DNA of 53,414 bases from Octopus bimaculoides. Its lineage: Eukaryota. The notes beneath the pieces were generated by a model, which saw only the letters and a list, made by a program, of their open reading frames with translations, did not search any database and was not told the DNA's origin. Below, piece after piece: positions 1 to 12,870 of the stretch (positions are counted from its first letter, which is position 1; every line of letters begins with the position of its first letter). A program made the position numbers and the translations under genes. The DNA is taken from assembly GCF_001194135.2 (NCBI RefSeq), contig NC_068981.1:198755377-198808790 (forward strand), written 5' to 3'.

Positions 1-32
<32 letters not shown>

Positions 33-727
33 CATACATACATACATATATGAGTATGTGAAAAATCTTGAAAATAATGAATTTGTTTCATTTTGAAAAT
101 AATAGCATGCAAGTGAATGTTTATAACTTTAAATGAGAAAATATATAAAAGAATAAAAAACATATTGAAATGGTAAGAAGAGCTCAGCATAGCATGTAAG
201 ATGAAGAAATAAAAGATTTACCAAATAATCAAGAGGAGTTGCCAAAGTACATCTGCAAAGACAAACCATTAAGCAGAGAGCTACTGCAATCATATTAATT
301 TCTAAATATTTGTAAAAGAAATACTGGTTGTGTGTTCTCTTTGTGGGTAATTACGTTAACGAATCTAGAAGAAATCACTGAACAATTTAAAATGCAGGCA
401 AGATTGAAAGAAATAAACTTGAACAAGAAATTTTCAGAATTTATATCTAACAACAAAAACAATATTTTTCTTATCTGGATTTTATTTCATGTCTCTTCAC
501 GAAGAGAGATTTTATTTATTTCCATCATTAATATCCTACTTTATTTCCCCACCCCTCACCACTCTCCTTACCATTCTTCTCTCTTTATTTCTTTTACAAC
601 TCAGCTTAAGCTAAGAACATTAACTTTATCCATTGTCTAATTTAATAGAAAATTAATATTTCTGGGTGACTTGTTTGTACACATTTTTGGTTTCAATTTT
701 TTATTGTTTTTCTTAACATTTTAAAAT

Positions 728-884
728 CAGGCGTGGCTGTGTGGTAAGATGTTTACTTACCAACCACATAGTTCCAGGTTCAGTTCCACTGTGTGGCACC
801 TTGGGCAAGTGTCTTCTACTGTAGCTTCGGGCTGACCAAAGCCTTGTGAGTAGATTTGGTAAACAGAAACTGAAAGAAGCCTGT

Positions 885-930
<46 letters not shown>
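728..930 (+). mobile_element. SINE family 1, 5' half ending in (TA)n
   Basis: Same head. Other partial copies at about 7365-7477 (-), 14925-15115 (+), 30390-30545 (+, 3' half) and 34250-34460 (-, 3' half). Confidence 0.8.
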
Positions 931-933
<3 letters not shown>

Positions 934-1689
934 CTGATATATGATGATGATGATGACAGCATTTATATTTCTCTGTGTATTGTGTTGACAAAGGAAGAAA
1001 GCTATTTTCGGCTTTAATCCATTAATTGGAACCAATTCACAGTTAATGTGAGGTCTTTTTAATTTTCTCTCACTAGCCTGCTTTCACCCATGTGTATATT
1101 TATCTGGAGTTTTTGGTAGTTTTTCTTTTAAGGTATCGGCACTTCAAGCATGCTAGAGACAGGTCGTTTTCACCCTACTCCCTTGATGTAATTCTATACT
1201 TTGCAAGTGTCACAATGGCTTTCTGAATCTGATGTAGACTTTCTGTTTGTGAACTTCTTGTAAAGTCTCTGATACAGTCTAGTTGTGTATTTTCCCCAAA
1301 CACCTTTCAAAATTGAGGATTTCACTTCAACCTATAATCCAGCCTTATTATCTTCAACTCCCATTATACTAAGCTTCTTCCAGAAATCTCAAGCTGGAGG
1401 TTTATTCTCCCTGTCAGTTACTTTCATAAGTTGTTTGAAAGTTCTTGGACAACATTCCTTCACGTTGGCTATCATGCCTTCATGCAGAGCGGGGGTCTGG
1501 GTGCGTTGTCTAAAAACAGCAATGCTTTGATGGCAACAGGACAAATATGTTTGTTAATCACCCTTCAAATGAGTTCTTCATCCTTCATTCCTTCTTATTT
1601 AGATGTCAAATCAGGGGTAAATTAAACTTTGTGTCACCCTTGAAAGTTTCAGTTGGGGTCATTATCGATTTTACAAGTTAAACCAACCC

Positions 1690-4356
1690 AGTATCTTCCA
1701 CAGTGTAAATGGGGGCCATGGAGTTGGTACCAGACATGAAGAGGGAACTAGACTCCTGGGGTTCTGTGATGCAAATAACCTATTGATCAGCAACACCAAC
1801 TTCAGGAAGCCAGTTAGCACCGGATAACCTATCACCAGATAGCAGGATGTATGGTTGCTCTTAAATACAAAGACCCTCCCTGGTGAAGAATGTACCCCCC
1901 CCCCCAGCATAGACTGGTCATTAGTGACTTTAGACTCGAGGCCAAAAGGATGCCAAAAAGCAGACCAATCTGGAAAAGAAGGACTTGGAAGCTTAAGAAC
2001 CCTTCACATGGTCAGAGATTTAGGGACATCGTCACTGAGAAATCTGATGAGAGGGAGGAGGAGCTACAGTACTGTGACATAGAAGGCAGCTGGGAATTCC
2101 TGCGGGATAACTTGCTGAGTGCCACAGAACAAATCTGTGGCTGGTGCAAAGTCCCTTGCAGACCTAGGGTAACATGGTGGTAGAACAATACTGTAGATAG
2201 GGCCATTAGAGCAAAGAAACAGGCCTAGAATGCCTGGAAGAGTGAGGATAGCAGGAGAATGTATCAAATAGCTAAAAAGGAAGCTAAGGGACAGGTATAT
2301 ATAGTCAAGGGAGGAGCAGAAAAGAAGTTTGCCAATGTTCAGCGATGCGAGGACCAAAGAACTGAATTATTTTGGATTGTAAGACAGTGTGTGAGAGAAA
2401 ACTGTGATGTCATAGGAGAGAAATGTGTCCACATGGATGATGATGCCCTTGCGTTTAATGATTCTGCAAAGAAAGAGGCTTGGAGGTGCTATTATAAAAA
2501 AGTGCTGAATGTGGAGGATGAATGGGAGGAAGGAATCAATAGTACCCTGTAGATAAAGCAATTAAGGATATGAAGACAGGGAAAGCCCCTGGCCCATCAG
2601 GAATCACTGCTGGGATGCTTATAATATCTGGTGGTGTGGGTTATGGTCTAGTCACCTGTATTGTAAATCAGGTAATTCATGAAGGAGTCATACCCAATGA
2701 CTGGTATAGCAGCACCATAGTCAACTGCTACAAGGGGAAAGGTGATGCTTTAGATAGAAATAACTACAGGGGTATCAAATTATTGAACCAGATGATGAAA
2801 GTTACAGAGAGTCATATCCCAACTAATTAGAGAGAGAGAGTTAACCTAGATGAGATGCAGTTTGATTTTGTGCCAGGCAGAAGCACCATTGATGCTATAT
2901 TTTTGGTAAGGCAACTGCAAGAGAAATATCTAGCCAAAAATAAACCTCTGTACTTGGCTTTTGTTGACTTGGAGAAAGCCTTTGACAGGGTCCCCCGATC
3001 CCTTATCTGGTGGTCAATGTGGAAACTGGGGATAGGCAAGTGGTTGGTAAGAGCTGTACAGGCCCTGTACAGGGATGCTGTCTGCAAGGTGAGTGTTGGC
3101 AACGAGTATAGTGAAGAATTCTGGGTAGTAGTAGGGGTTCACCAATTATCAGTCCTCAGCTCCCTCTTATTCATTATAGTCCTCCAGACAATAACAGAGG
3201 AATTCAAGACAGGCTGCCCCTGGGAGCTTCTCTATGCTGATGACCTTGCTTCTATAGCTGAGTCACTGCCACAATTGGAGACACTGTTTAGAGTGTGGAA
3301 GCAAGGTCCAGAATCAAAGGACCTTTGGGTTAACCTAGCCAAAACCAAAGTCTTAGTAAGTAGGAAAGCTATCAAACCACAATCCCCTTCAGGTAGATGG
3401 CCCTGCTCAGTCTGTAGAAGATGTACTTAAAACAGATTCCATCACATGCCAGGGGGTAAAACTAGAAGTAGCTAATAGCTTCCACTGCCTAGGTGACCAA
3501 GTCTGTAGTTGGGGTGGTGGTTCTGAGAGTGTAGCAGCTAGAATAAGAATAGCCTAGGCAAAGTTCAGGGAGCTCTTACCTCTGCTGGCAATTAAGGGCC
3601 TCTCACTCAGGATAAAAGATCAACTGTATGATGTATGTGTGCAAACAGTCATGTTCCATGGCAACGAGACATGGTCCATGGCTGCTGAGGACATGCGTAG
3701 ACTTGAAAGAAATGAAGCCAGTATGCTCCGATGGATGTGTAATGTCAGTGTGCATATTTGACAGAATGTGAGCACCCTGAGAGAAAAGTGGGACATAAGA
3801 AGCCTCAAACATGGTGTGCAGGAGAGACGACTGTGTTACGTATGGATGAGGACAGCTGTGTGAGGAAGTTCCATTCGCTAACAGTGGAAAGAACCTGTGG
3901 AAGATAGGAGACCGAGACCTCTGGAGATATGCTGTGACTGAGAAGACCCAGCAGCTAAAGTGAGATCACAGCCATGGCCAATGCCAGTGTTGCATGTCCG
4001 ACCCATTTAAGAGTACCCTTGATGCGTTGGGTGATATGATGCGCTTGAGAAGACCTGTTGAGTCAAGTAAAACCAAAATCGCAGCTGTGGCCAGTGCTCC
4101 CTGACTGGCTGCCATTCCGGTGGGATATAAAATGCATCATCCAAATATGGTCAATGCCAGTGTTTCCTGACTGGCTCTTGTGCTGGTGGCACATAAAAAG
4201 CACCCACTTGGAGTGGTTGGCGTTAGGAAGGCCATCCAGCTGTAGAAACATTGCCAGATCAGTTTGGAGCCTGGTGCAGCCTTCTGGCTTTCCCAGTCAA
4301 ACTCTCCAACCCATGCCAGCATGGAAACAGATGTTAAACAACAATGATGATGATGA
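1690..4356 (+). mobile_element. Degenerate 5'-truncated RTE-clade LINE (end of AP endonuclease, RT, 3' UTR, (GAT)n tail)
   Basis: Interrupted frames give LLGFCDANNLLISNTNFRK and QHRLVISDF (APE), then MKTGKAPGPSG, FVPGRSTIDAIFLVRQLQEK, AFVDLEKAFDRVPR and LLYADDL (RT). Multiple stops and frameshifts. Confidence 0.93.
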
Positions 4357-4794
4357 AATCAATTTTATTTTGTGCTCTGTGATGCCTGTGACTACTCTTT
4401 CTTTGATATGTATTTGTGGGTGTCTTTGGAATTCTTTTTGAAGTCCCTGTTGTATGTTTCAATTGAACAGAACCAAAGGTTTCAGATTGTCTAAAGTCAG
4501 TATTTGAAGGAATATTCTGAGCATAGAAGTAGTCTTTTGATGGCACCGAATAAACGTTTTCTCACTTCTGTCAAGTTATTTAAGCAATTTGACTGTCGAT
4601 AATTTCAACATTGTTTCATAAACATTGTTTTGTTTTCTTTAGATAAAATAACTTTGAGAAATTGAAAGGCTTTTGGTTTGTTTCATGCTGTAAAATACAC
4701 TGAAGCAGATCATGTTTGTCTATCTAGAAATATTGGAATGGTTGCTGTTTAGGAATTTATTCCAGCTTTTTATTATGACGATCATAGGTTTGTG

Positions 4795-5255
4795 ATCATC
4801 ATCAACATCGTTTAACGTCTGCTTTCCATGCTGGCATGGGTTGGACGATTTGACTGAGGACTGGCGAACCAGATGGCTGCACCAGGCTCCATTCTGATCT
4901 GGCAGAGTTTCTACAACTGGATGCCCTTCCTAATGCCAACCACTCCAAGAGTGTAGTGGGTGCTTTTATGTGCGACCGGCACGAGGGCCAGTCGGGCGGT
5001 ACTGGCGCTGGCCACGCTCAAATGGTGTTTTTTATGTGCCACCTGCACAGGAGCCAGTTCAGCGGCACTAGCAACGACCTCGCTTGAATATTTTTCACGT
5101 GTCACCAGCACAAGTGCCAGTAAGGCGATGCTGGTAACGATCACGCTCGAATGGTGCTTTTTATGTGCCATCGGCACAGAAGCCAGTCAGCTGCTCTGGC
5201 AACGATCACGGTCGGATGGTGCTCTTAGTGCCCCACTAGCACGGATGCCAGTCAT
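4795..5255 (-). repeat. RTE 3'-tail copy with an expanded 65-bp tandem array
   Basis: Units start near 4959, 5024, 5088, 5153 and 5218. Other RTE 3'-tail copies: 8890-9115(+), 10790-10990(-), 14760-14830(+), 16210-16400(-), 26760-26960(-), 27335-27530(-), 28440-28640(+), 30065-30385(+), 30590-31060(-), 32650-32825(+), 34868-35080(-), 43000-43330(-), 48650-48840(-) and 51135-51520(-). Confidence 0.85.
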
Positions 5256-6454
5256 CAAATTTGATTTAGATTTCACATAATAGAAACCTGCTATTTTTTC
5301 AAAGATAACCTAATTCAGTATTCCTCCTCTTTTTTATTCCTGGCTGAGGATCAAATATGTAGAAAGCCTAAATGAAGGATAAGTTCATAGTCTCAACTCT
5401 TGGTAATCTCTGTAGAGTTGATGTCATCTATGAATGGAATAAAACTAAGCAGAAAAGTATTTATCATAACTCAACTACAAGGGACTTCTCTAAGTTTTAC
5501 ATTACTGCAGTATTTCAAGAACTTCTCTATTAAGAATTAGGGTCTTCTCCACCTTTACTAGCTTTAGATCATAAAAAAAAAGAGTTCTCCTTTTCACCAA
5601 TTATAAATTGTGGAACCCCTCCCCCCAGAAAAATATGTGCTGGTGTCCTGTTTCTAAATATATAATGATATCTAGAATGGCATTTGACTTTTAGATAAGG
5701 TTTTTGCGTCAGAAAAAGAAAGAATTCCTATTAAAATGGATTGTAGCAGAAATGGTGCCTGGAAGGACATGTTTTCCAAGTTGGGAATATGTTCCTTGTC
5801 TGCGAGTTTTGTCATTTTGGTAATGAACAGTTATTGTTGTATAAACTGTTTGATGTTTTTTAAAGTAACTCTTATTTAAAATATTTGATTTTAAACTGTT
5901 GTGTCTGTCAAGTTAAGAGTTGGAATAGAGAAAACAATCGACAAAGAACAATGTTGTGCTGTCCAGAAAACGTATGCTGCCTTGATTTCACCAGGATGTT
6001 GTCATGTATTTTAATGGTTCTGATGTAAATATTTTAGTTTACCAAAATATGCCTTTTGGATAAGATGAACACATGAAGTGAACAAAAGATAAATCAATAT
6101 TTTCTCAATAATGTTTCTGATATTTTTTCTGTTAGATAATTTGGTCGTCAGTGGTAGAGGAAAATATGACAGAAAAACCGAAGCCATTTTAGAATTTTCC
6201 TTTTCGTTTTTGTTCTGCTCAGGCTTATCTCCCTTGCACCCCAACTCTGAGAACTTAAAAAATTTTAACCAAGAAAACAAAAAAACAAATTGAAGAAATG
6301 AATAAAAATAAAAAGCAATTATTTTATTTACTGATTTAAAAAAAAATTTTCTCTTTTCATTTTTTTTTACTGCTTACTTTTGTAAATTATATTTTTACTG
6401 AATTATCACAAATAAAATGAAATTAGTGTGTAGAAAATTTAAATTTACAAGTAT

Positions 6455-6795
6455 AGCTGTGTGGTAAAAGGTTTGCTTCCCAAACACATGGTTCAGGGTT
6501 CAGTCCCACTGTGTGGCACTTTGGGAAAGTGTCTTCTACTATACCCTTGGGCTGCCTAAAGCCTTGTGAGTGGATTTGGTAGATGGAAACTCTGTGTGTG
6601 TCCTACCACCACTTGACAACCGCTGATGGTGTGTTTACGTCCCTGCAACTTGGCAGTTCAGCAAAAGAGACTGATAGAATTGGTACTAGGTTTTAAAAAA
6701 ATAAGTACTGGGTTGATTCGTTTGACTAAAATTCTTCAATGTGGTGCCCCAGCATGGCCATAGTCTTAATGACTGAAAAAAAGAAAAAAGAAAAA
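6455..6795 (+). mobile_element. SINE family 1, older full copy
   Basis: Same modules with a short internal (TG)n. Confidence 0.8.
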
Positions 6796-7477
6796 AAAAA
6801 CACTTGCAATCATCTCATTAATTCTCTTTGATATTTATTGGAGTCAAGGATTTCAAAGTTGGCAGAACCATGAGAGCCTTGTGGCGGGGGGATGATCGGG
6901 CAGGAGACCCTGCTGCATCTGCTTCAGCTCATTCACATTTCAGGATCAATAAAATAAGGTACGGTCATGTACTTGGGTCAAAGTAAATGACTCGTCCCTT
7001 GTCCCCTCAAAACTGCCGCTGCTTGGGCAAAATTAGAAACATTTATTTTGGGTTTTAAATGTTAAACAGTGAAATTTCAATAAAATAAGAATTTGGAAGA
7101 AAATTTCCAAAGTTTGATTTCTTAATTTTTGCCAAATTTGTTAGTTATGAAAAAAAGCAAAGACAAGACGTGTAATAAGACACGAAGAGAGTCTTGATGA
7201 AACTGACCTATCACCATTGTGATCCTTCTGTGACCATCCCAACTGTTTTTCATAAAGACTGCATTAGTGAACGTGTTTTTGTTGTGATGCTATTAAATGT
7301 GATTTGAAAAGGATTTGGCAATTATTTTTGGCATTGCCAAGTAACTACATATTCTGCTACATGACAGGCTTCTTTCAGTTTCCATCTACCAAATTCATTC
7401 ACAAGACTTACATTGGCCTGGGGCTATAGTGCAAGACTCATACTCAAGGTGCCATACAGCAGGGCTGAACTCAAAAC

Positions 7478-7696
7478 CAGGGCTGGCCTTAAGCCAATTG
7501 GACCGATGGCTCCCAGTCAGGCCCTTTTCCCCAGGGGGCCCCATGCTCAAGGAGGCCACATCCTATACTCTGAAGTTTAAAAAAAATCTACATAAAAATG
7601 CTCTTTAAAAAAAACAAAAACATACTTTATACACTTTAGCGACACAAGATACCAAAAAGCAAACCCATTCCTCCAAAATTGCATGGGTCAGCCTTG
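7478..7696. mobile_element. Possible hAT-like MITE
   Basis: cagggctggccttaag ... catgggtcagccttg imperfect TIRs. No target duplication found. Confidence 0.3.
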
Positions 7697-7934
7697 CTTG
7701 TATTTCTAGTGTAAGGGTCAGTTGTATGTATGTGTGTATGTGGTGTGCGTATGTTTGTGTGTGTGAGTTGCTATAAATATACTTTGTAAATGTTTAAAAT
7801 TTTGGGGAAACATTTTTATTTCAATAAAATNNNNNNNNNNNNNNNNNNNNNNNNNNNNNNNNNNNNNNNNNNNNNNNNNNNNNNNNNNNNNNNNNNNNNN
7901 NNNNNNNNNNNNNNNNNNTATATATATATATATT

Positions 7935-8445
7935 GCACTGGTTATGTATGGATGAGGACAGCTGTGTGAAGAAGTGCCACTCCCTAACTGTGGAAGGGGT
8001 GAGGTGGTGAAGCATGACCTTTGAACATTGGGCAATGACAGGAGGCTGAGACCTTTGGAAATATGCTGTGATTGAGGAAACCCGGCAGCTAAAGTGAGAT
8101 TGCAGCCATGGCTAATGCCAGTGTTGCATGTCCAGCCCATTTAAGAGTACCCCGATGATATGATGTGCTTGAGAATACCCCAACTGTTCCAGTGGCATGT
8201 AAAAAGCACCATCCAAAGTGGTTGATGCCAGTGCCCCCTGACTGGCTCCCGTGCCAGTGGCACGTAAAAGCACCCACTACACTCTCAGAATGGTTGGCGT
8301 TAGGAAGTGCATCCAGCTGTAGAAACTCTGCCAGATCAGATTGGAGCCTGGTGCAGCCATCTGGCTCGCGAGCCCTCAGTCAAATCATCCAACCCATGCC
8401 AGCATGGAAAGTGGACGTTAAATGATAATAATGATACTAACTATA
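7935..8445 (+). mobile_element. RTE LINE 3' fragment (end of ORF plus 3' UTR)
   Basis: Homologous to about 3830-4350 (gtatggatgaggacagctgtgtg ... ccaacccatgccagcatggaaa, gat tail). Confidence 0.88.
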
Positions 8446-9249
8446 ATAACAATGATAAATGCTTTGATGCAATACCATGCAGTGACTCGTGTGGCTTCTC
8501 ATTTTAACTGATTGGTGTAAAAGATGAGTTACAGCAAATATTCTGCTCAATGCTGCAGATTTGCTTGTCAGTTACTTGACCCATTAACTAGTGGAGCATG
8601 GTCCTTCATCATCGTCACTACCTTTTTCACTAATACCATATTTTGCAGAATAGAGGACTCCTTTTTTTTCTATGATGCCAGCTGAGAAATGGTGACTGTG
8701 GATTTCTGACCTCTTTCTCAATGTCATTCCCTTTATCTTACTCTCTAACTCATTCTTTCCTTTGTTTTCCAGCCGGGGTGTCCATGTGTCTACTCTACAA
8801 CAAAACACTTATCTCTGTACCTTTTATCTCTCGACTGGCACAAATTTGCACCCCTTCAATACCACCCCTCCCTCTCCCAGTTGAGGGGTCTTTGTCTTAC
8901 AAGGTACTTGGTGACCCTGTCGGTGTTGGTGCCACATAAAAATGTATGCAGTACATTTTGTAAAGTGGTTGGCATTAGGAAGGGCATCCAGCTGTAGAAA
9001 AAACCATGCCAGATCAGACAAGGGAACCTGGTAAGGCCAGGTTCTTTGCCAGTTCCTGTCAAATGGTCAAACTCATTCTAGCATGGAAAACAGACGTTAA
9101 ATGATGATGATGATGAATGGGGTGGTTGCAGACAGTTGCAGACAGTTGCAGACAGTTGCAGTTGTGTTCTGGTTGTTGGTCAGCAGACATTAATACAATC
9201 ACGAAAGTGTCTTACATGAATAACTGCAAAAAAGGCAATAGTGTTGAGT

Positions 9250-9680
9250 AAACCAATGACACCCAGCATTAAACCACCCAGAGGGTGGCCATTGTCTGGA
9301 GATTTCACTCAAAAATGGTAAGCATGAATACTCCACTGGTTTTCCCACCAATTTTGTCTGATAACAGACATTTAAAGTGTTGGGCTCTGTCTGATCATGT
9401 GAACAGGGTTTTTCTTCTTCTTCGAATCACATTTCCAAAACCAGGGGGCAGCACCTACCATGCCATTTAAATATGGCATTTCATGACACTGCTATTACTT
9501 CCACTGCCTGTTACACCCAATTCTGTCCAATGATGTATTTGTTGTTGACAAAAACATGGCAGCCAGAAACAATGTTGATTACCGTTTCTTCCCCACCTAA
9601 ATACCTTCCACACTTTATGTCTTCTGCTTTCTTTCATCTCTTTGAGGATTTAAGCTGAGAAGGCTCACAGTTTTGAGTTC
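9250..9680 (-). mobile_element. Highly decayed RLE-type LINE fragment (CCHC knuckle region)
   Basis: Minus frame CGRYLGGEETVINIVSGCHVFVNNKY resembles the C..C...ET..HI.SGC..L....Y motif. Confidence 0.45.
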
Positions 9681-9977
9681 AGCTGTCTTTTTATCAGTTG
9701 AAGCAACAGTAACACTATGAAGTGCAAACCAACCAGAAAATGCTATTTGCCTTTCTCTATATCAATCGCCATTTAATTACTAATAGCTGATGCAAATGTC
9801 GGTTGGTTTTTCGAGCCACACTTTGATGTGGCGACTGACTTTACTTTTGAGTATAGTTACTACTCTGATCTCTCCTTGAGATTTTAAAACTATTTTATTT
9901 GCTTGAATTATTAGTCTTTAATCTTAGTCATATGACTGCAGCTAAAATTTGAAGGTCGCTGAAGGGCTGTCAGTTGG

Positions 9978-10166
9978 TTAACCCTTTTTGAGACAACCAA
10001 TTCCTCTCAAGACTGACTCTGGTTCTTTCATCTAAATTAGAACTTATTATCAAAATTCCATGTTAATCTATGTTCCAAACACCAACTTAATAATGGCAGA
10101 TATTTTATTAAATTTTTCATTATTTTCAAAATTAATTAAAATGAAATATGGTAACAAAAGGGTTAA
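9978..10166. mobile_element. piggyBac-like MITE (TTAA|CCC...GGG|TTAA)
   Basis: ttaaccctttttg at 9978 and caaaagggttaa ending at 10166. Confidence 0.55.
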
Positions 10167-12012
10167 AGAACATTTCGCCCTGAATCTTTGTAAAATTCTG
10201 AACAGCAACAATCTAAAAAAACTGCTGATTCATCAGATTTTAGTCCTTTGGATAGATAACACCTTGAAAACATACCCCCCCCCCCACACCGGGGATTATT
10301 TTGTGTTTGGAATCATGTCACAACTAGTTTCCTTGACTAAACCAAAATGTTATAAAAACAAAAAGAAAACAATACTAGAAGTAAAACTAAAAATAAGCCA
10401 AGATAAGAGAAGATATTCTTTACTGAACAGGCTTCATTCACACTTAACTGATTTGGCAACAAACTGGGTTTACAGAGGAACAAAGCTGATAAAGAGGTTT
10501 ATTATTTCTAGCCATGAGAACAATTTCTTGAGTGGTAAGAGCTTCAATCAGAGATTAACGAACAGCAGCAGCATGCTTTGTTTGTTGTAATTGGTGAGTT
10601 AGTGTTAACTGCTGAGGTGTATTAAATAGTTATAAATATGTGGTGAGGCACAGATAGTCAGCTAGTTCAGTTAATGCCTGAGGCATATTCAATAGACGAC
10701 TAGTTATAGAAATGTGGTGAGGCACAGATCGACACAGAGATAACTTAGAATATATTTAAGGCAAAGAATATCAAAACCATCCTCATTTAACATTCATGTT
10801 GGCATGGGTTGTATAGTTTGATGGGATCTGATGGGTCCAAGGACTGCATCAGTCACCCCTGTCACCTACTTTGGCAGGGTTTCTACAGCTGGATGTCCTC
10901 CCTGACATCAACCACTTTACAGCATGGACTGGGAACTATTTTCATGCCACCAGCAATGGTGAAGTTGCCACACGGCTTGCAAAATATGTTGTAGCTTCAT
11001 GGCTACTCACATTTTAGAAGAGAGAATGGGAGTGACTGGGGTGGAACTGGGAAGAGAGATTAAATTCAGTGGAGGTGTGGTATCTGGGTGGATCCTCAAG
11101 GTATGAGGTAAATAGAAGGGTGGTGGATGGATCTATAGGCCTGGAGTATGGGGGAGAGTGGGAAAGAGATGGTAGAGGAGGAGAAATGATTTGATGATTC
11201 AGGATGGTAGTAGTGATCAATGTAAAATAGTGGTGGTGAGGACTGTATGAGGATGAAGGATAAATATCAAAGCAAATGGCTCAGGACATAACAGGAATTT
11301 GGGGTTAACATATTTATTGCAAGGAGCTTTAAAAAAGATGCTAAAAAGAAATAATTTTGTAGTGAGGAAAGAATATTAACTATTTACTAATGTTGTTGCT
11401 AATTTCTTAGCTAGCATGGGAGATAATTCTGAACATGTTCTGGCCTTATTCTGACCTCATCAACTACTTAGAATAGACTTACTGAAGCACAGAAGAGATA
11501 GCAATTAAATATATAATTGTGTAGATTTGGTTCATTAATTACAGTATTGCATCATTTGATGGTGAAGGAAATTTGTCAGTCAAAAGTTTGGTAAGAATCA
11601 TTCTTCTGGGTTGTTTCTCCATAGTAACATCTTTAAAAACCTGATTCGTTATGAAGCTAAATTATTATATTTAATTTGTCAATATGTGAAACTATTTACT
11701 TCTTGTTGCTTACTTGAATAGTTTAAATTACATTTTAGGAAAAGCATCCCCCCCACACCTAGCTGGTTCATAGTGACATCTCTACTTCTCCAGATGATCT
11801 TTCTACTAACACTACCACTACAGTGGCCTCTACTCCTCAGAATAGCATGTTACATACCACGTCCAATAAATTCCACCCAAAACCCTAGGTTTGATAGCCA
11901 TATCATTGACCCCTTCATGGAATCATTGATCAATTATCAATTGCTCCCCCTCTCAGCCCGTAATGTAAATTTCTAGAATAAAATTTAAAAAGTATAATTA
12001 ATAAAAAAAAAA

Positions 12013-12100
12013 TATTGGGTTGGTGCATAATTATTGCAGGTTTTTTCCTACAAATTTTATTCAACAAAAACAAGAACAATATTTAACAAAAACTTCTTTA
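12013..12100. mobile_element. Mariner terminal fragment
   Basis: tattgggttggtgcataattattgc resembles the Hsmar1/MADE1-type TIR (TTAGGTTGGTGCAAAAGTAATTGC). Cut off by a SINE. Confidence 0.55.
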
Positions 12101-12104
12101 ATGA

Positions 12105-12276
12105 CGTGTGGTAAGTAGCTTGCTTACCAACCACATGGTTCTGGGTTCAGTCCCACTGCGTGGCACCTGTGTCAGGTGTCTTCTACTATAGCCTCGGGCC
12201 GACCAAAGCCTTGTGAGTGGATTTGGTAGACAGAAACTGAAAGAAGCCTGCGTATATATGTATATATATATATATG

Positions 12277-12309
<33 letters not shown>

Positions 12310-12530
12310 GAGTGTATATGTTTGTGTGTGTGTGTGTCCCCTCCACCATTGCTTGACAACTGATGTTGGTGTGTTTACGTTCCTCTAGCTTAGCAGTTCG
12401 GCAAAAGAGACTGATAGAATAAGTACTAGGCTTACAAAGAATAAGTCCTGGGGTCGATTTGTTTGACTTATAGACCGTGCTCCAGCATGGCCACAGTCAA
12501 ATGACTGAAACAAGTAAAAGAATAACAGAA
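12105..12530 (+). mobile_element. SINE family 1, near full length
   Basis: Same head, internal microsatellite and 3' half ending tgactgaaacaagtaaaaga. Confidence 0.85.
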
Positions 12531-12835
12531 TGTAAATATTGACTGCACTTTTTCAACTCTTCTGTGTTGCAATGTTTCTTCAAAGTGTTCTTGTGATCAA
12601 AGAATCCCACATTGACGCAATCTCTTACTTTGGCTGACGCTTAATGGGATTCCTGCTTTTGGTAGAACGTCTTTAAAAGAAATGAAGGGAATTATTTATT
12701 CACTCTGAATGGCACAAATAAAAAGAAAAAAAACCATCAAACCCCTACTTTTAACTACAAAGGAACTGTTTTTCCTCTTCTCCCCCCTCTCTCTCCCTTG
12801 CTCTCTCTCTCTCCCTTGCTCTCTCTCTCTCCCTT

Positions 12836-12870
<35 letters not shown>

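Noticed and set aside
332-1625. Short ORFs here and similar 60-130-aa ORFs across the window
   Set aside because: They are translations of microsatellites, SINEs, RTE UTRs or AT-rich DNA with no recognisable domain or splice-consistent structure.
4959-5255. Regular repeats that could be mistaken for a CRISPR array
   Set aside because: They are degenerate head-to-tail units without unique spacers, inside a eukaryotic LINE 3' UTR, with no cas genes.
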